DNA of 64,000 bases from Candidatus Bathyarchaeota archaeon (lineage in GTDB: Archaea > Thermoproteota > Bathyarchaeia > Bathyarchaeales > Bathycorpusculaceae), in NCBI GenBank assembly GCA_963733095.1, contig CAVTBV010000003.1, positions 63,502 through 127,501 of the forward strand, in the 5' to 3' direction. Positions 8,855 through 19,188 of the stretch are shown here, piece by piece. The first letter of the stretch is position 1, and each line of letters opens with the position of its first letter. A program made the translations under genes and the position numbers. The notes under the pieces are model-generated. The model was not told the DNA's origin. It made no database searches and saw only the letters and a program-made list of their open reading frames with translations.

Positions 8855-9838
8855 ATTTCTGAACTTAACAAGCCACCAGCAAACATACAGGCAGAACTAA
8901 TAGCCCTAAGAAAAGCTTTAGACGACCAGATTCCCCCCAAAACACCGGACCGCAACTTGCTAATTGCAACATGGAACATTCGAGCATTCGGCAACTTAAC
9001 CGAAAAGTGGGAGACAAATGAAAAAGACAGCCCCAAAAGAAACTTACATGCATTAAGATGCATCGTTGACATTATCTCACGATTCGATATCATTGCGATT
9101 CAAGAGGTAAAAGACAACCTCAAATGCCTGCGTGAAACAATTAAGGCGCTTGGACCGAACTGGATGTTCATAATGACAGATGTTACCAAAGGAAAAGAAG
9201 GTAACGATGAACGCTTAGCCTTTATTTTTGACACACGTAAAATCAAAATGTCTGGACTCGCCTGCGAAATCGTAGTTCCCGAAGAATACTTAATTGATCT
9301 AAGTTCCGAGGCGATGAAAACACAGTTTGCAAGAACACCATACGCCGTCAGCTTTTACTCGGCTGGAAGAACCTTCATCCTCTGCACTCTACACGTAAAA
9401 TATGGCCAAGCACCAGAACGGGTGCCTGAACTTAAGATGATTGCCAAGTGGCTTTCGGATTGGGCTAAGGAACTTCAAAGCTGGAAGCACGACCTCATTC
9501 CGCTGGGCGACTTCAACATCGACCGAAAAGACGACGACCTTTACAGAGCCTTTACGTCAACAGGGTTAGCTGTGCCCGAAGTTTTAACCAAGGTTCCGCG
9601 AACCATATTTAGCGACCCCAAAAAACCCGATACAGGACACTTCTTTGACCAAATTGCATGGTTCACAAAGCAAAAAGGCATTCCCGAGCTAACCTTGAAG
9701 TTTTTAAGTGGAGGAACCTTCGACTTCGTGCCTTACGCAATGTCCTCGCTAAAACTTACAAAGAACCAATTATCCTATCGCATTTCAGACCATTATCCGC
9801 TCTGGGCAGAATTCGACGTAAGAATCGACAACATTTAA
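8855..9838 (+). CDS. Endonuclease/exonuclease/phosphatase (EEP) family protein; start uncertain (ATT 8855 or TTG 8957)
   Basis: ATWNIR, IAIQEV, GDFNI, FDQI, SDHYPLW. Confidence 0.88.
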   Translation: MSELNKPPANIQAELIALRKALDDQIPPKTPDRNLLIATWNIRAFGNLTEKWETNEKDSPKRNLHALRCIVDIISRFDIIAIQEVKDNLKCLRETIKALGPNWMFIMTDVTKGKEGNDERLAFIFDTRKIKMSGLACEIVVPEEYLIDLSSEAMKTQFARTPYAVSFYSAGRTFILCTLHVKYGQAPERVPELKMIAKWLSDWAKELQSWKHDLIPLGDFNIDRKDDDLYRAFTSTGLAVPEVLTKVPRTIFSDPKKPDTGHFFDQIAWFTKQKGIPELTLKFLSGGTFDFVPYAMSSLKLTKNQLSYRISDHYPLWAEFDVRIDNI

Positions 9839-9938
9839 AACTGCTAAATCCACCTTCGTTTTAGGTATTCGCTGGAAACAATGGTTTATATCTTTTGTAA
9901 CGTTTTATTTCTTTCATCTGTTTTAGGAGTTAAAAATT

Positions 9939-10223
9939 ATGACTGAACTTGAAGAAAAAGTGCGCGTAGAAGTTGGCAAAGTGCAAGACCCAGAAACTGG
10001 ACAGAGTTTCGAGGAAATGCAGATGATTCAGAGCGTAAAAGAAAACGAGCCTGGAATAGTCACGGTTGAATTTGTTCCAACAAGCCCCTTCTGCCCCATC
10101 GCATTCAAGCTCTCAGCAGACATACGCGATGCGGCAAAGTCGGTTCCTGGTGTGAAAAGAGCTGTTGTTTTCTGCCGTGGACATGCAATGGAACAGCAAA
10201 TTAACGAAATGACCAACAAGTAA
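9939..10223 (+). CDS. DUF59/SufT (MIP18-like) Fe-S assembly protein
   Basis: VQDPETG, PTSPFCPIA. Confidence 0.85.
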   Translation: MTELEEKVRVEVGKVQDPETGQSFEEMQMIQSVKENEPGIVTVEFVPTSPFCPIAFKLSADIRDAAKSVPGVKRAVVFCRGHAMEQQINEMTNK

Positions 10224-10272
10224 GGTTTGTTTTCATTTTCTTTTTTCTTTATCTTGAGCAAACATTTGCAGA

Positions 10273-11043
10273 TTATTTCATTCTTGTAAATGCCCACGTA
10301 CCAACAACAATCATTAAGCCGTCAAAGAGCGCGACGACTCCAAGATCAACCCATAACGGTTGAACCTGAAGAGCAGTCCATGAGGAACCTAACATGACAT
10401 TTCTCAAGGCGTCAACCCCGTAGGTTAGGGGATTCCATGCGGCAACGGCGGTTAACCAGCTTGGAAGGCTACCGCCTTTAAGGGGAAACAAAGCGCCGCT
10501 TAAAAAGAACAAGGGAAGGTTAACGAATGTTTGGATGGCGCCGAAGCCTTCAAGGTTACCCATAAAACTTGCAATCGTTAACCCAATGCTGACTAAGCCG
10601 AAAGTGACTAGCATCATTACTGGTAATGCGAACAGGAGTGTTATGGGGTTTATGGGGATACCCAGCGCCAAGCCGATGGCAAAGACTATTATGCCCTGCA
10701 GAAAAGCGTCTGTGCTGTCACCTACCATTTTTCCTAAGAAAATTGTTAATCGGGAAACAGGTGAAACCAGGATTTCTTTCATGAACCCAAATTCCTTGTC
10801 CCAGATAACGTTTATGCCCATGAACATGGCTGTAAAGAGCAAGGTTTGACCGATTATGCCTGGAAGTATAACTTGTTGATAGTTCAAGTTTGCAGGTAAT
10901 GAAAAACGTGTACTAAACGCTGCAACGAAGATGACAAGCCAAAGCAGTGGCTGAATAAAACTGGTTACAAGACGGGTTCGGTCGCGGTAGAACCGTTTGA
11001 GTTCACGAAGCCAAAGCGTGTAGAAGCCGCGGGTTTCACTCAT
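10273..11043 (-). CDS. ABC-2 type transporter permease (DrrB-like)
   Basis: DKEFGFMKEILVSP, FFLSGALFP, NPLTYGVDALR. Confidence 0.92.
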   Translation of the reverse strand: MSETRGFYTLWLRELKRFYRDRTRLVTSFIQPLLWLVIFVAAFSTRFSLPANLNYQQVILPGIIGQTLLFTAMFMGINVIWDKEFGFMKEILVSPVSRLTIFLGKMVGDSTDAFLQGIIVFAIGLALGIPINPITLLFALPVMMLVTFGLVSIGLTIASFMGNLEGFGAIQTFVNLPLFFLSGALFPLKGGSLPSWLTAVAAWNPLTYGVDALRNVMLGSSWTALQVQPLWVDLGVVALFDGLMIVVGTWAFTRMK

Positions 11044-12029
11044 CTTATTACCCTCCTGCGAGCCGCTGCGCCCCCATGCAACTCTTTTCCCGTGTCTTGA
11101 CGAATCGTTCTCCCCGTGTAATGCAGGAATACGTCTTCGAGGTTGGGCTCGCGTAAAAGCAATGATTCAACATAAATTTTGTTTTGAGTTGCAATCTCCA
11201 TGATGCGGGGCATTACTTCTTTGCCCTTTCGCACCGTAATTTCAAGTGCTCCATCAACCAAAGTTGTTTGATTTAACCCCAACGATTTATTGACAAGTTC
11301 AGTTAAAGCGGGGATGTTGTTAGATCTGACAATTATTACGTCGCCTTCAAGGGTTTCCTTAAGTTTAGGGGGCGTATCCAAGACAACGATTTTGCCGTGA
11401 TCCATGATGGCGATGCGGTCTGAGAGTCTGTCTGCTTCATCCATGTAATGCGTTGTTAAGACTACAGTGATGTCGTGGGTTTGTTTGAGTTCTTTTATGT
11501 ATTTCCAGATGTGATCTCGGGTTTGGGGATCCAATCCAACTGTTGGTTCGTCTAAGAAGAGCACTTTAGGGTAATGGATTAAGCCGCGTCCCAATTCCAG
11601 CCTTCGACGCATCCCACCTGAATAGGTACGAAGTAAATCATCTGCTCTATCCTCGAGCTCAACGAGTTTTAGGATGCGGTTTATGCGGTCCTTCTGTTCT
11701 GACGCAGGAACTCCATAGAGGTTAGCGTGCATGTAGAGGTTTTCTCTGCCTGTTAAGCGGTCGTCGATGCTGGGGTCTTGGAAAACTATGCCTATGGATT
11801 TTCGAACTTTGTTTGCTTCCCGAACGATGTCAAAGCCGTTTACGGTTGCGGAGCCAGAGGTTGGCTTTAGAATTGTACAAAGCATTGAGACTGTGGTTGT
11901 TTTTCCTGCGCCGTTGGGTCCTAGCAATCCAAAAATTTCGCCTGATTCTACTACAATGTCTAATGTGTCAACTGCTTTGAGGGAATTGTAAGTCTTCATC
12001 AGCTGGTGGGTTTCGATGGCGTAGAACAT
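11040..12029 (-). CDS. ABC transporter ATP-binding protein (DrrA-like)
   Basis: GPNGAGKTT, YSGGMRRRLE, FLDEPTVGLDP, TTHYMDEA. Confidence 0.93.
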   Translation of the reverse strand: MFYAIETHQLMKTYNSLKAVDTLDIVVESGEIFGLLGPNGAGKTTTVSMLCTILKPTSGSATVNGFDIVREANKVRKSIGIVFQDPSIDDRLTGRENLYMHANLYGVPASEQKDRINRILKLVELEDRADDLLRTYSGGMRRRLELGRGLIHYPKVLFLDEPTVGLDPQTRDHIWKYIKELKQTHDITVVLTTHYMDEADRLSDRIAIMDHGKIVVLDTPPKLKETLEGDVIIVRSNNIPALTELVNKSLGLNQTTLVDGALEITVRKGKEVMPRIMEIATQNKIYVESLLLREPNLEDVFLHYTGRTIRQDTGKELHGGAAARRRVIR

Positions 12030-12180
12030 ATTTTTGATTTCTCTTTTTAGCAATGAAACTTTGGACAGATTTAAGGATATTTGCCCTACTCATTCATAGA
12101 GCCAAAAAAAACAGTTCTGACGGAAGATTTCGTAAACATTAAATTGCTCGAAATATCATCTTATTGCTGAGATGGATTTT

Positions 12181-12618
12181 ATGCCAGAATTGAATTTTGA
12201 AGGAAGTGCCACTTGGAAAGGCGGCGCTGAATGTGAACTCACCGTTGGAGATAAAACAATTACAACCGTAAGTCCACCGCCCTCGTTTGGGGGCAAAGAA
12301 GGCTATTGCACACCAGAGCACATCTTTGCTGCTGCACTCGCATCATGCATCAACACCTTGTTTCTGCTAATCGCCAAAAACAGCCAGCTAGGACTCAAGA
12401 ATCTAGAAACCCAAGCAAACGTTAAAATGAACGTCGAAGGCATGGAGAAACTGATATTCACAAACGTACACTTCAAAATGAACGTTGCATTAGAAAATGA
12501 CAATGAACGCGAACGCAAAAAAGCATCCACAGTCTACGGCATGGCACAGAAGATTTGCCCAATCAGGCAATCTTGGGGCGAAGCGGTTCCAATAAGCTTT
12601 GAACTGAATTTTAAGTAA
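12181..12618 (+). CDS. OsmC/Ohr family protein
   Basis: PPSFGG...PEHIFAAALASC and second Cys in KICPI. Confidence 0.85.
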   Translation: MPELNFEGSATWKGGAECELTVGDKTITTVSPPPSFGGKEGYCTPEHIFAAALASCINTLFLLIAKNSQLGLKNLETQANVKMNVEGMEKLIFTNVHFKMNVALENDNERERKKASTVYGMAQKICPIRQSWGEAVPISFELNFK

Positions 12619-12712
12619 ACTGGCTGTTTTTCTACGCTGGTCAACCCTTTTTTATTTTAATCTTAAAAATTATTTAAGTGACAATAGTAAGTATCTCAAT
12701 TGGGCTTGAGGT

Positions 12713-13420
12713 ATGTTTGATTCAGAGCGGCAACTTGGAATCATTGTAGATCTTATTTTACCACTCGATTTTGCCACAAGATATGACGTTTATTTCACGG
12801 ACGCTCGCATTGCGATTGTTTGCATGGGAAAACCAGACCGTGCTGGTGAAGCTTTAGAGAGTCGTCCTTTGCTCTTTGGGATTACGCCGGCAGTTCCAGT
12901 GAATAGAGCCGAGGCAAGAAAGAACAGGCAAATAATGGAAGAACAACTCAACAAATTGAGCTTAGTGGAGAAATTAAAGCTCAGCAAGAAAAGTTGTTTG
13001 TACACTTACGACGAGATAGAAGAGGTAAAGTTGGTTGCAGGCAAGAAGCCCAAGTTTGTTATTCTAAGCAAAGATTGCGTATCAAAATTTGCCCCAAATG
13101 AAGAGCAGTTTAGACAACTGATTGATTTGCTGCCCACAATAGAGATGTTGAAGAATAAGCTTTCGATTTTTGGCAATTTTAACTTGAATGCTTCTCAGAA
13201 ACTAAAATCGGCAACCTTCAGTTGCAAGTATTGCGGTTATGAAAATGACCTTGACGCAGTATTTTGCCAAATGTGCGGAAATCAAATTCAAACTCAAATA
13301 CCAAACAACCCAGCTTTCACTGAGATTTCTTGCGTTTTTTGCCACGCAAAGAATAAGATGCAAGCATTATTCTGCAAAAAATGCGGCAAACCGACTATTA
13401 ACAATCAAACCACCATGTAA
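12713..13420 (+). CDS. Protein with C-terminal double zinc ribbons
   Basis: CKYCG..FCQMCG and CVFCH..FCKKCG. Confidence 0.75.
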   Translation: MFDSERQLGIIVDLILPLDFATRYDVYFTDARIAIVCMGKPDRAGEALESRPLLFGITPAVPVNRAEARKNRQIMEEQLNKLSLVEKLKLSKKSCLYTYDEIEEVKLVAGKKPKFVILSKDCVSKFAPNEEQFRQLIDLLPTIEMLKNKLSIFGNFNLNASQKLKSATFSCKYCGYENDLDAVFCQMCGNQIQTQIPNNPAFTEISCVFCHAKNKMQALFCKKCGKPTINNQTTM

Positions 13421-13496
13421 GCCATATTGCTGAGTGACGGTTACGCATTAGGCTTAAATACAGAGTCTTTTCTATTTGCAATCGGTGCATCGAAAC

Positions 13497-14270
13497 ATGA
13501 GTATTCCACATGCGGTAGACCTTCAAGGCGTAACAAAGCGCTTCAACGAAATTGTAGCAGTAAACAACATGAACTTAACCATAGAAACAGGTGAAATCTT
13601 TGCTCTTTTGGGGCCTAACGGTTCAGGAAAATCCACCACCCTAAAAATGTTGCTGGGTCTGCTTCAGCCAACTGCAGGATCTGTTAACGTCTTAGGCATT
13701 GACGTACAAAAAGACCCCGTAGCAGTTAAACGACAAGTAGGATACGTGCCCGAATCACCCGACGTATACGAGTTCCTTACTGGACTTGAATACTTAGACT
13801 TCATCGCCGACATTTACAGTATACCAACAAGTGAAAAACAGAAACGCATAACCGAATACCTAAAAGCCCTTCAACTCGAAGGCCGAGAAGGCGACATGAT
13901 AAACAGCTATTCAGACGGCATGAAAAAGAAAATCAGTCTCATCTCTGCTTTTCTGCACAAACCTAAACTGCTGATATTAGACGAACCCCTAAACGCACTT
14001 GACCCCAGAAGCGCCAGAATAGTCAAAGACTACCTAAACCAGCTCAAAACACAAGGTATAACCACCATCCTCTCAACACACGTTTTGGAAATCGCAGAAG
14101 CTGTATGCGACCGAATAGCTATAATGTATCAAGGCAACATCTTAGCATTAGGCAACATGGGCGAACTCCGAGAGAAAGCAAGTTTGCCAGGTTCAGGATT
14201 AGAAGACATATTCCTCAAACTCACTGGAACGGGCGACCTAAAACCTGTTGTTGAGGAACTGTTGAAATGA
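13497..14270 (+). CDS. ABC transporter ATP-binding protein
   Basis: GPNGSGKST, YSDGMKKK, ILDEPLNALDP, STH. Confidence 0.92.
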   Translation: MSIPHAVDLQGVTKRFNEIVAVNNMNLTIETGEIFALLGPNGSGKSTTLKMLLGLLQPTAGSVNVLGIDVQKDPVAVKRQVGYVPESPDVYEFLTGLEYLDFIADIYSIPTSEKQKRITEYLKALQLEGREGDMINSYSDGMKKKISLISAFLHKPKLLILDEPLNALDPRSARIVKDYLNQLKTQGITTILSTHVLEIAEAVCDRIAIMYQGNILALGNMGELREKASLPGSGLEDIFLKLTGTGDLKPVVEELLK

Positions 14271-15964
14271 ACTGGAAAAATGTCCTCTACCTGCTACGTG
14301 TGGAACGCAAATCAGGTAGGCTAGTTCGGGGTGTAAAAACCACAAGATACCGCGAGAGCGGCATTCTGGCTTATTGGCCATATTGGGTTGCAGCAATAAT
14401 CGGCGTTATCGGCGGTTTACTGGCTAATTTGGCAGTGGCGGCAATATACTCAAGCGGCGAAGTCTCAGGTTTGCCTTCATTATCTGATGCAGCGCTTAGC
14501 TTTTTTGTTTCTCTGCCGACGCTTATTCTTATCTTAAGCGTAGTCCTAACAATGCTGCAGCAAATCCAGTTGGCAGGCGTTAAAGCAACTAGGCAAGTAA
14601 TGTACTGGTTGCCTATAACATGGCAGGAACACACGTTAGCTTCAATTCTGGCTAATCTGTTTGGAATCCCCCTTGCAGCCGTGATAGCGTTTGCCTCTGG
14701 AGTTATTGCTTTCTCAGCTTTCAACGGCTTAATGGCACCTGCATTACTGACCTCGCTTGCACTGTTTGCGGCAGCTTTTATGGCAAGTTCCACAACTGAA
14801 ATTCTTCGTGTCGTCCAAGTTCGATTTACAGGTGCAGTTTACAAATCAAGCGGCAAAGCCGCCGTCTGGGTAAGATTCATCGGAACCTTAGCGTTTTTCC
14901 TCATATTCTACATAATATACTTCTCTCTCACTCAAGGAACCGCAGCCTTCGTGCAAGGTTTAGCACAAGCCCAAAACACGGTTTGGTTTGTCCCCTTCGT
15001 TTGGCTTGGCGTTACCCTCTTCTACTTGTTAGGTGGCGCATTCTTGCAAGGCATCATATTCGTCGCTTTATCAGCAATATTCATAGCAGGCATTTACTAT
15101 CTTGCCATCTCATTAAACAGCCGATTTGGATTGTATGAGCCGCCAGCTATTACCGTTCAAAAAAGCGGCACCATTTACACGCCGAAAACGGGCTTCTTAG
15201 GAAAACTTGGATTCTCAAGCGTAGAAGCAGCTCTCATCAACAAAGACACCCGAGCGTTCACCAGACGTAGAGAACTCATTAGCATATTCATCGTACCTAT
15301 AGTCTTCATCATAATACCAATCATGCAATCAGTAGGTGTAACAAGCAACGCTAACGCGCCCTCTGAAATTAGCATATTTTTTGTTGGCATGACCTTTTTG
15401 TTGCCAGCTTCAGTCATGGCTATGTCGCTGGGAAACATGCTGATTGGCGAAGAAGGGCAAGCCGTATGGAGAATCTATGCTTCACCTATTTCCCCCAAAA
15501 ACTTAGTTAAAAGCAAAATGTTCTTCCTCACGGCGCTCTCAATACTTGTCCTTCTTGTAACTGTGACAGCTGGAACCCTATTTTACCATCCTTCAATTAG
15601 AATGGTAATTACAGGTTTCATAGAAGGACTCCTGTTGATCCTTGCTTTAGGCTCAATCGGTCTTGCAATCGGTTTCAAAGGTGCTGATTTCACCGTGAGT
15701 CGAAGAGCAAGGATGATTCGCCAAAAATGGTCTCTCATAAGTTTAGGTGTATGCTCCATTGCTGGCCTAGCAATACTGGCGCCAATAATACCGTATGTTA
15801 TAAGTTCCCTCCTCTCCAGCTTGTTCCCTATGGGTCCAATAAGCAACCTCAACCTTGCTGTATCCCTTGCAATCAGCGCAGTAATCGCCACCGTGATAAC
15901 CGCAATCTTTTACAAAGTGAACATCAACAGCGCCACAGAACTCATTCGGAAAGCTGAAACCTAA
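14267..15964 (+). CDS. Multi-pass membrane protein, putative ABC exporter permease
   Basis: ATGA overlap with the ATPase gene; two blocks of about six TM helices. Confidence 0.75.
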   Translation: MNWKNVLYLLRVERKSGRLVRGVKTTRYRESGILAYWPYWVAAIIGVIGGLLANLAVAAIYSSGEVSGLPSLSDAALSFFVSLPTLILILSVVLTMLQQIQLAGVKATRQVMYWLPITWQEHTLASILANLFGIPLAAVIAFASGVIAFSAFNGLMAPALLTSLALFAAAFMASSTTEILRVVQVRFTGAVYKSSGKAAVWVRFIGTLAFFLIFYIIYFSLTQGTAAFVQGLAQAQNTVWFVPFVWLGVTLFYLLGGAFLQGIIFVALSAIFIAGIYYLAISLNSRFGLYEPPAITVQKSGTIYTPKTGFLGKLGFSSVEAALINKDTRAFTRRRELISIFIVPIVFIIIPIMQSVGVTSNANAPSEISIFFVGMTFLLPASVMAMSLGNMLIGEEGQAVWRIYASPISPKNLVKSKMFFLTALSILVLLVTVTAGTLFYHPSIRMVITGFIEGLLLILALGSIGLAIGFKGADFTVSRRARMIRQKWSLISLGVCSIAGLAILAPIIPYVISSLLSSLFPMGPISNLNLAVSLAISAVIATVITAIFYKVNINSATELIRKAET

Positions 15965-16055
15965 AATCCAACCTATCCTTCAAAATTTTTTACTTACCGA
16001 GCAGTCAACCTTAAAAGCAAATAACGAGTCAACGTTAACTTGTTATTGATAGCTT

Positions 16056-16226
16056 ATGGGTAATGAGGGAAAAGGACCCATCTTTAGGCGAAAAGACGAC
16101 AGGTATTTGCTCTATTTACCCGTTCGCGTGGTAGATGACAGCATGTTTCCGCTCAAATGCGACGGCTCAATGCCAGTTAAAGTCCATTTTAAACTCAAAG
16201 ACAGCAAGTTAATCGTAGAAAAATAA
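16056..16226 (+). CDS. Small (56 aa) AbrB/SpoVT-like protein, below ORF-track cutoff
   Basis: MGNEGKGPIFRRKDDRYLLYLPVRVVDDSMFPLKCDGSMPVKVHFKLKDSKLIVEK; swapped-hairpin pattern. Confidence 0.6.
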   Translation: MGNEGKGPIFRRKDDRYLLYLPVRVVDDSMFPLKCDGSMPVKVHFKLKDSKLIVEK

Positions 16227-16584
16227 ACAGAAGAAAATCCCTAAACCCAAACACGTCTTTAAACAATCTTTTCTGATAGTTGCTACTGCGTCACAGTCAC
16301 AAATTCATTTAAACCATCCATTGCCTTTGGCTGGCAAAGGGAACAGCAACGACATATGAAACCTATAAGTGCCCAATCTGCAAAGCAGAGTTTTCGACTC
16401 CTGAAGAATTAAGGTAACATAGAATGAACCTGCATAAAGAACAGAGCCACGATTCAAAGACAGATGCTTCTTAGCCAAAAAGCTTCGAACTTTTGCTCCA
16501 CTTACCTTAAGAATTTTGTTGTTGCACAACATTATTTCATCAACTTTATCTATCAGACAAAACATTGTTTTTTAGAGGCATTTT

Positions 16585-17025
16585 ATGAAAGAACTAACAT
16601 TAAAAAGCCCAGAGTTCCAACATAACGGCCCAATTCCCAAGAAATACAGTTGCGACGGCCAAGAAGTTAATCCACCCATAACAATTGAAGGCACCCCTAA
16701 AGAAACAAAGAGCCTTGCGCTGGTTATGGATGACCCAGATGCGCCAAGCGGAACATTTGACCACTGGGTCGTCTGGAACATTCCGCCTTTAATAAGCAAA
16801 ATAGCTGAGAATTCAGTTCCTGGAACTGAGGGTTTGAACAGCTCGCATCAAACGGGGTTTATGGGTCCCTGTCCGCCTTCGGGCACGCATAGGTATTTTT
16901 TTAAGGTTTACGCGTTGGATGTCAAATTAAGTTTGGACGATAGGTCCACGAAAAAAGACCTTGAAAAAGCAATGGCAGGGCACATAGTTGCTAAGGGCGA
17001 ATTGATAGGCCTCTACCACAGATAG
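16585..17025 (+). CDS. YbhB/YbcL (PEBP/RKIP-like) protein
   Basis: MDDPDAP..FDHWVVWNI, GPCPPSGTHRYFF. Confidence 0.93.
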   Translation: MKELTLKSPEFQHNGPIPKKYSCDGQEVNPPITIEGTPKETKSLALVMDDPDAPSGTFDHWVVWNIPPLISKIAENSVPGTEGLNSSHQTGFMGPCPPSGTHRYFFKVYALDVKLSLDDRSTKKDLEKAMAGHIVAKGELIGLYHR

Positions 17026-17115
17026 CCAAGTTCTTTCTTTTTTTGTGTCCGTTTGGTTTGTTTCAAACGTTAAATACTCTTGTTTATGATTATTCTATCA
17101 TTTGGTTGAGCAGAC

Positions 17116-18297
17116 TTGAACCGTAAACTCGCCGCCTTAACCGCCATAGTCCTCATCGTGCTGATTGTCCTATCGCTGTTTATAGCGTTGAACGCTTTCA
17201 GTAACCAAACCGCAGCTAGGCCATTCTACGTGGGCGTCGAATACGCGTATGGAAACAACCAAACCGAAGAAGTCCAAATAGACCAAATTCAAACCTTAGT
17301 AAACAAAGTTAAGGATTACACAAACCTGTTTGTAATGGGCGACGTCAGCTTGACCTTCAATCAAACGGCTCTGTACGAAGCTTGCGATTACATCTACAAC
17401 AATTCTGAACTGAACTTCATCATTCTGTTCACAGGCGGAAACTACTACAGCTACAACATCGTTCAATGGATGTTCGAAGCAAAAGACAGGTACGGCGACA
17501 GACTCCTTGAAATCTACAAGTACGATGAACCCGGCGGAAACCAAATCGACAATACACCCTCTCAACTAATCAACAAGACTGTAATCAGCCCCGACGCAAC
17601 CTACAGCGCCATAGCAGAAAACTATGTCGGAAACCTAAGTTTCATGGTAAATTTTTACCAGAATATGGCCCATCTTAATCTCTCAACCGCAGACTATGGA
17701 CTCTACTGGTTTGACTACAAATCAAACTACACCTCAATCTATGCAGAGTTTGTTGGCAACGAAAGTAGCCAACGCATCATCGCTTTAGACAGGGGCGCAG
17801 CAGACGCTTTTGGCAAAGACTGGGGCGTGATTGTTAACTGGAAATATAACCAAGCGCCATACCTTGAGTCTGGGCTCGAATTGTACGAGGATTTATCGTT
17901 AGCTTATAGTGCAGGAGCCAAGTACGGAATTGTGTTCAGTTATCCAGTCTACCCAGAAAACAACCCATATGGTACTTTGCAGGATGAGCATTTCGATGCA
18001 CTTAAGAAATTCTGGAACACTCTCAACAGAAGCCCCGCCAATTTTGGCTCAAACACGCCTGAAGCCGCATACATCGTGCCCAAGGACTACGGATTTGGTT
18101 TTCGAAGCCCAACTGACACTATCTGGGGTCTGAAACCGGCTGATGCACTATCACAAAAAATCTACGAAGACACAAACATCATTCTTCCCAGCATTTATGG
18201 CTCCCGCTTTGACATTCTTTATGATGAGCCAGAAATAATTACTGCTCTATTACAGAATTATACGGCTATTTACTACTGGAACCAAACAATTCCATAA
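17116..18297 (+). CDS. Membrane-anchored/secreted hypothetical protein (paralog of 36047-37267)
   Basis: N-terminal TM; YDEPGG, RGAA..GKDWG, NPYG..DEHF, YYWNQT shared with paralog. Confidence 0.8.
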   Translation: MNRKLAALTAIVLIVLIVLSLFIALNAFSNQTAARPFYVGVEYAYGNNQTEEVQIDQIQTLVNKVKDYTNLFVMGDVSLTFNQTALYEACDYIYNNSELNFIILFTGGNYYSYNIVQWMFEAKDRYGDRLLEIYKYDEPGGNQIDNTPSQLINKTVISPDATYSAIAENYVGNLSFMVNFYQNMAHLNLSTADYGLYWFDYKSNYTSIYAEFVGNESSQRIIALDRGAADAFGKDWGVIVNWKYNQAPYLESGLELYEDLSLAYSAGAKYGIVFSYPVYPENNPYGTLQDEHFDALKKFWNTLNRSPANFGSNTPEAAYIVPKDYGFGFRSPTDTIWGLKPADALSQKIYEDTNIILPSIYGSRFDILYDEPEIITALLQNYTAIYYWNQTIP

Positions 18298-18328
18298 CTC
18301 CGCAACTAGTTCCATAACATTTCAACAT

Positions 18329-18882
18329 TTATTTTGGCTTCCTGTAATATTGGGTTCCGTCTGGGTCGCTTGTCACGTATTCCCAACAATCTTCTATGAG
18401 GGCTAATTTTTCTTTTGGCGTGGTTGCTATGGCTGAAAAGTATTTGTCGCCTATATACTCGAATAGGTGAACGTAGCGTTCTGTATTGATTATTCTTTTG
18501 TGTCCTAAAAGATATTGAACATGGGTTAGCATCTTTGTTTGTCTAAGTTTCTCAGTTGCAAAGTGATGTCTGAATGTATGAAAATGGATTTGCAGAAATC
18601 TTGGGTTGTTCTGTGTTTGGGCTAAACGTCTTTTGAGGTGGCACATATTTGTTCTTGAGCTGTCAACGTTAGGATTGAAAACGTAGGGAGCGAACTTTTT
18701 GGGCAAGGCGTTAATCATTGTTATTGTTTTTTCAGGTACTTTTATGGTTCTGTTTCGGCTGCCTTTTTCTGCTTCGTTTATGCTTTTTGTTTTCTTCGCT
18801 GTTCATGTCAGTCCATTGAAGTTTAGCGATTTCTCCACATCTAGCGCCTGTTGTTAAGGGTCCCTGTAGAAACGCCAACGCG
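18329..18882 (-). pseudogene. Tyrosine recombinase/integrase remnant (N-terminus missing, frameshift ~18785-18805)
   Basis: Box I TTGARCGEIAKLQWTD in one frame; EKGSRNRTI and box II HFHTFRH...LLGH...TERY in another. Confidence 0.85.
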
Positions 18883-19188
18883 GAGGCCAAAAAGTTAAAC
18901 GCTTAATCCAATTAGGCAAAAAACACGAGAAAGAATAACTAGGATTGTGCTCAATGAAAAATGGGTGATGCGGGTGAAGACTGAAAAACTATAGAGATGT
19001 CTAAGCTTGAATTCTGAGTTAGTGAAGTCTCTATATTCTAAGGAACTAAACGCGCGCTCATAAACTCATATTTGTTAAATCATCGCACTAGTCGGCAGTA
19101 GAATCGGTAATTTATATTTCCGTAAATTATAATAGCGTATTCAGTTCAAGTTATTAATGATACAGAAGCGTTTGTTTGGGCGATAAAA

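Noticed and set aside
5295-10300. Prophage or complete eCIS around the sheath gene
   Set aside because: Neighbours are cellular genes; no tube, baseplate, capsid or terminase
10273-15964. ABC transporters as CcmAB partners for the CxxCH-WWD fusion
   Set aside because: Motifs match DrrAB-like and generic exporters, not CcmA/CcmB
16305-16565. 86-aa minus-strand ORF
   Set aside because: No RBS or motif; occupies the promoter side of the ybhB-like gene
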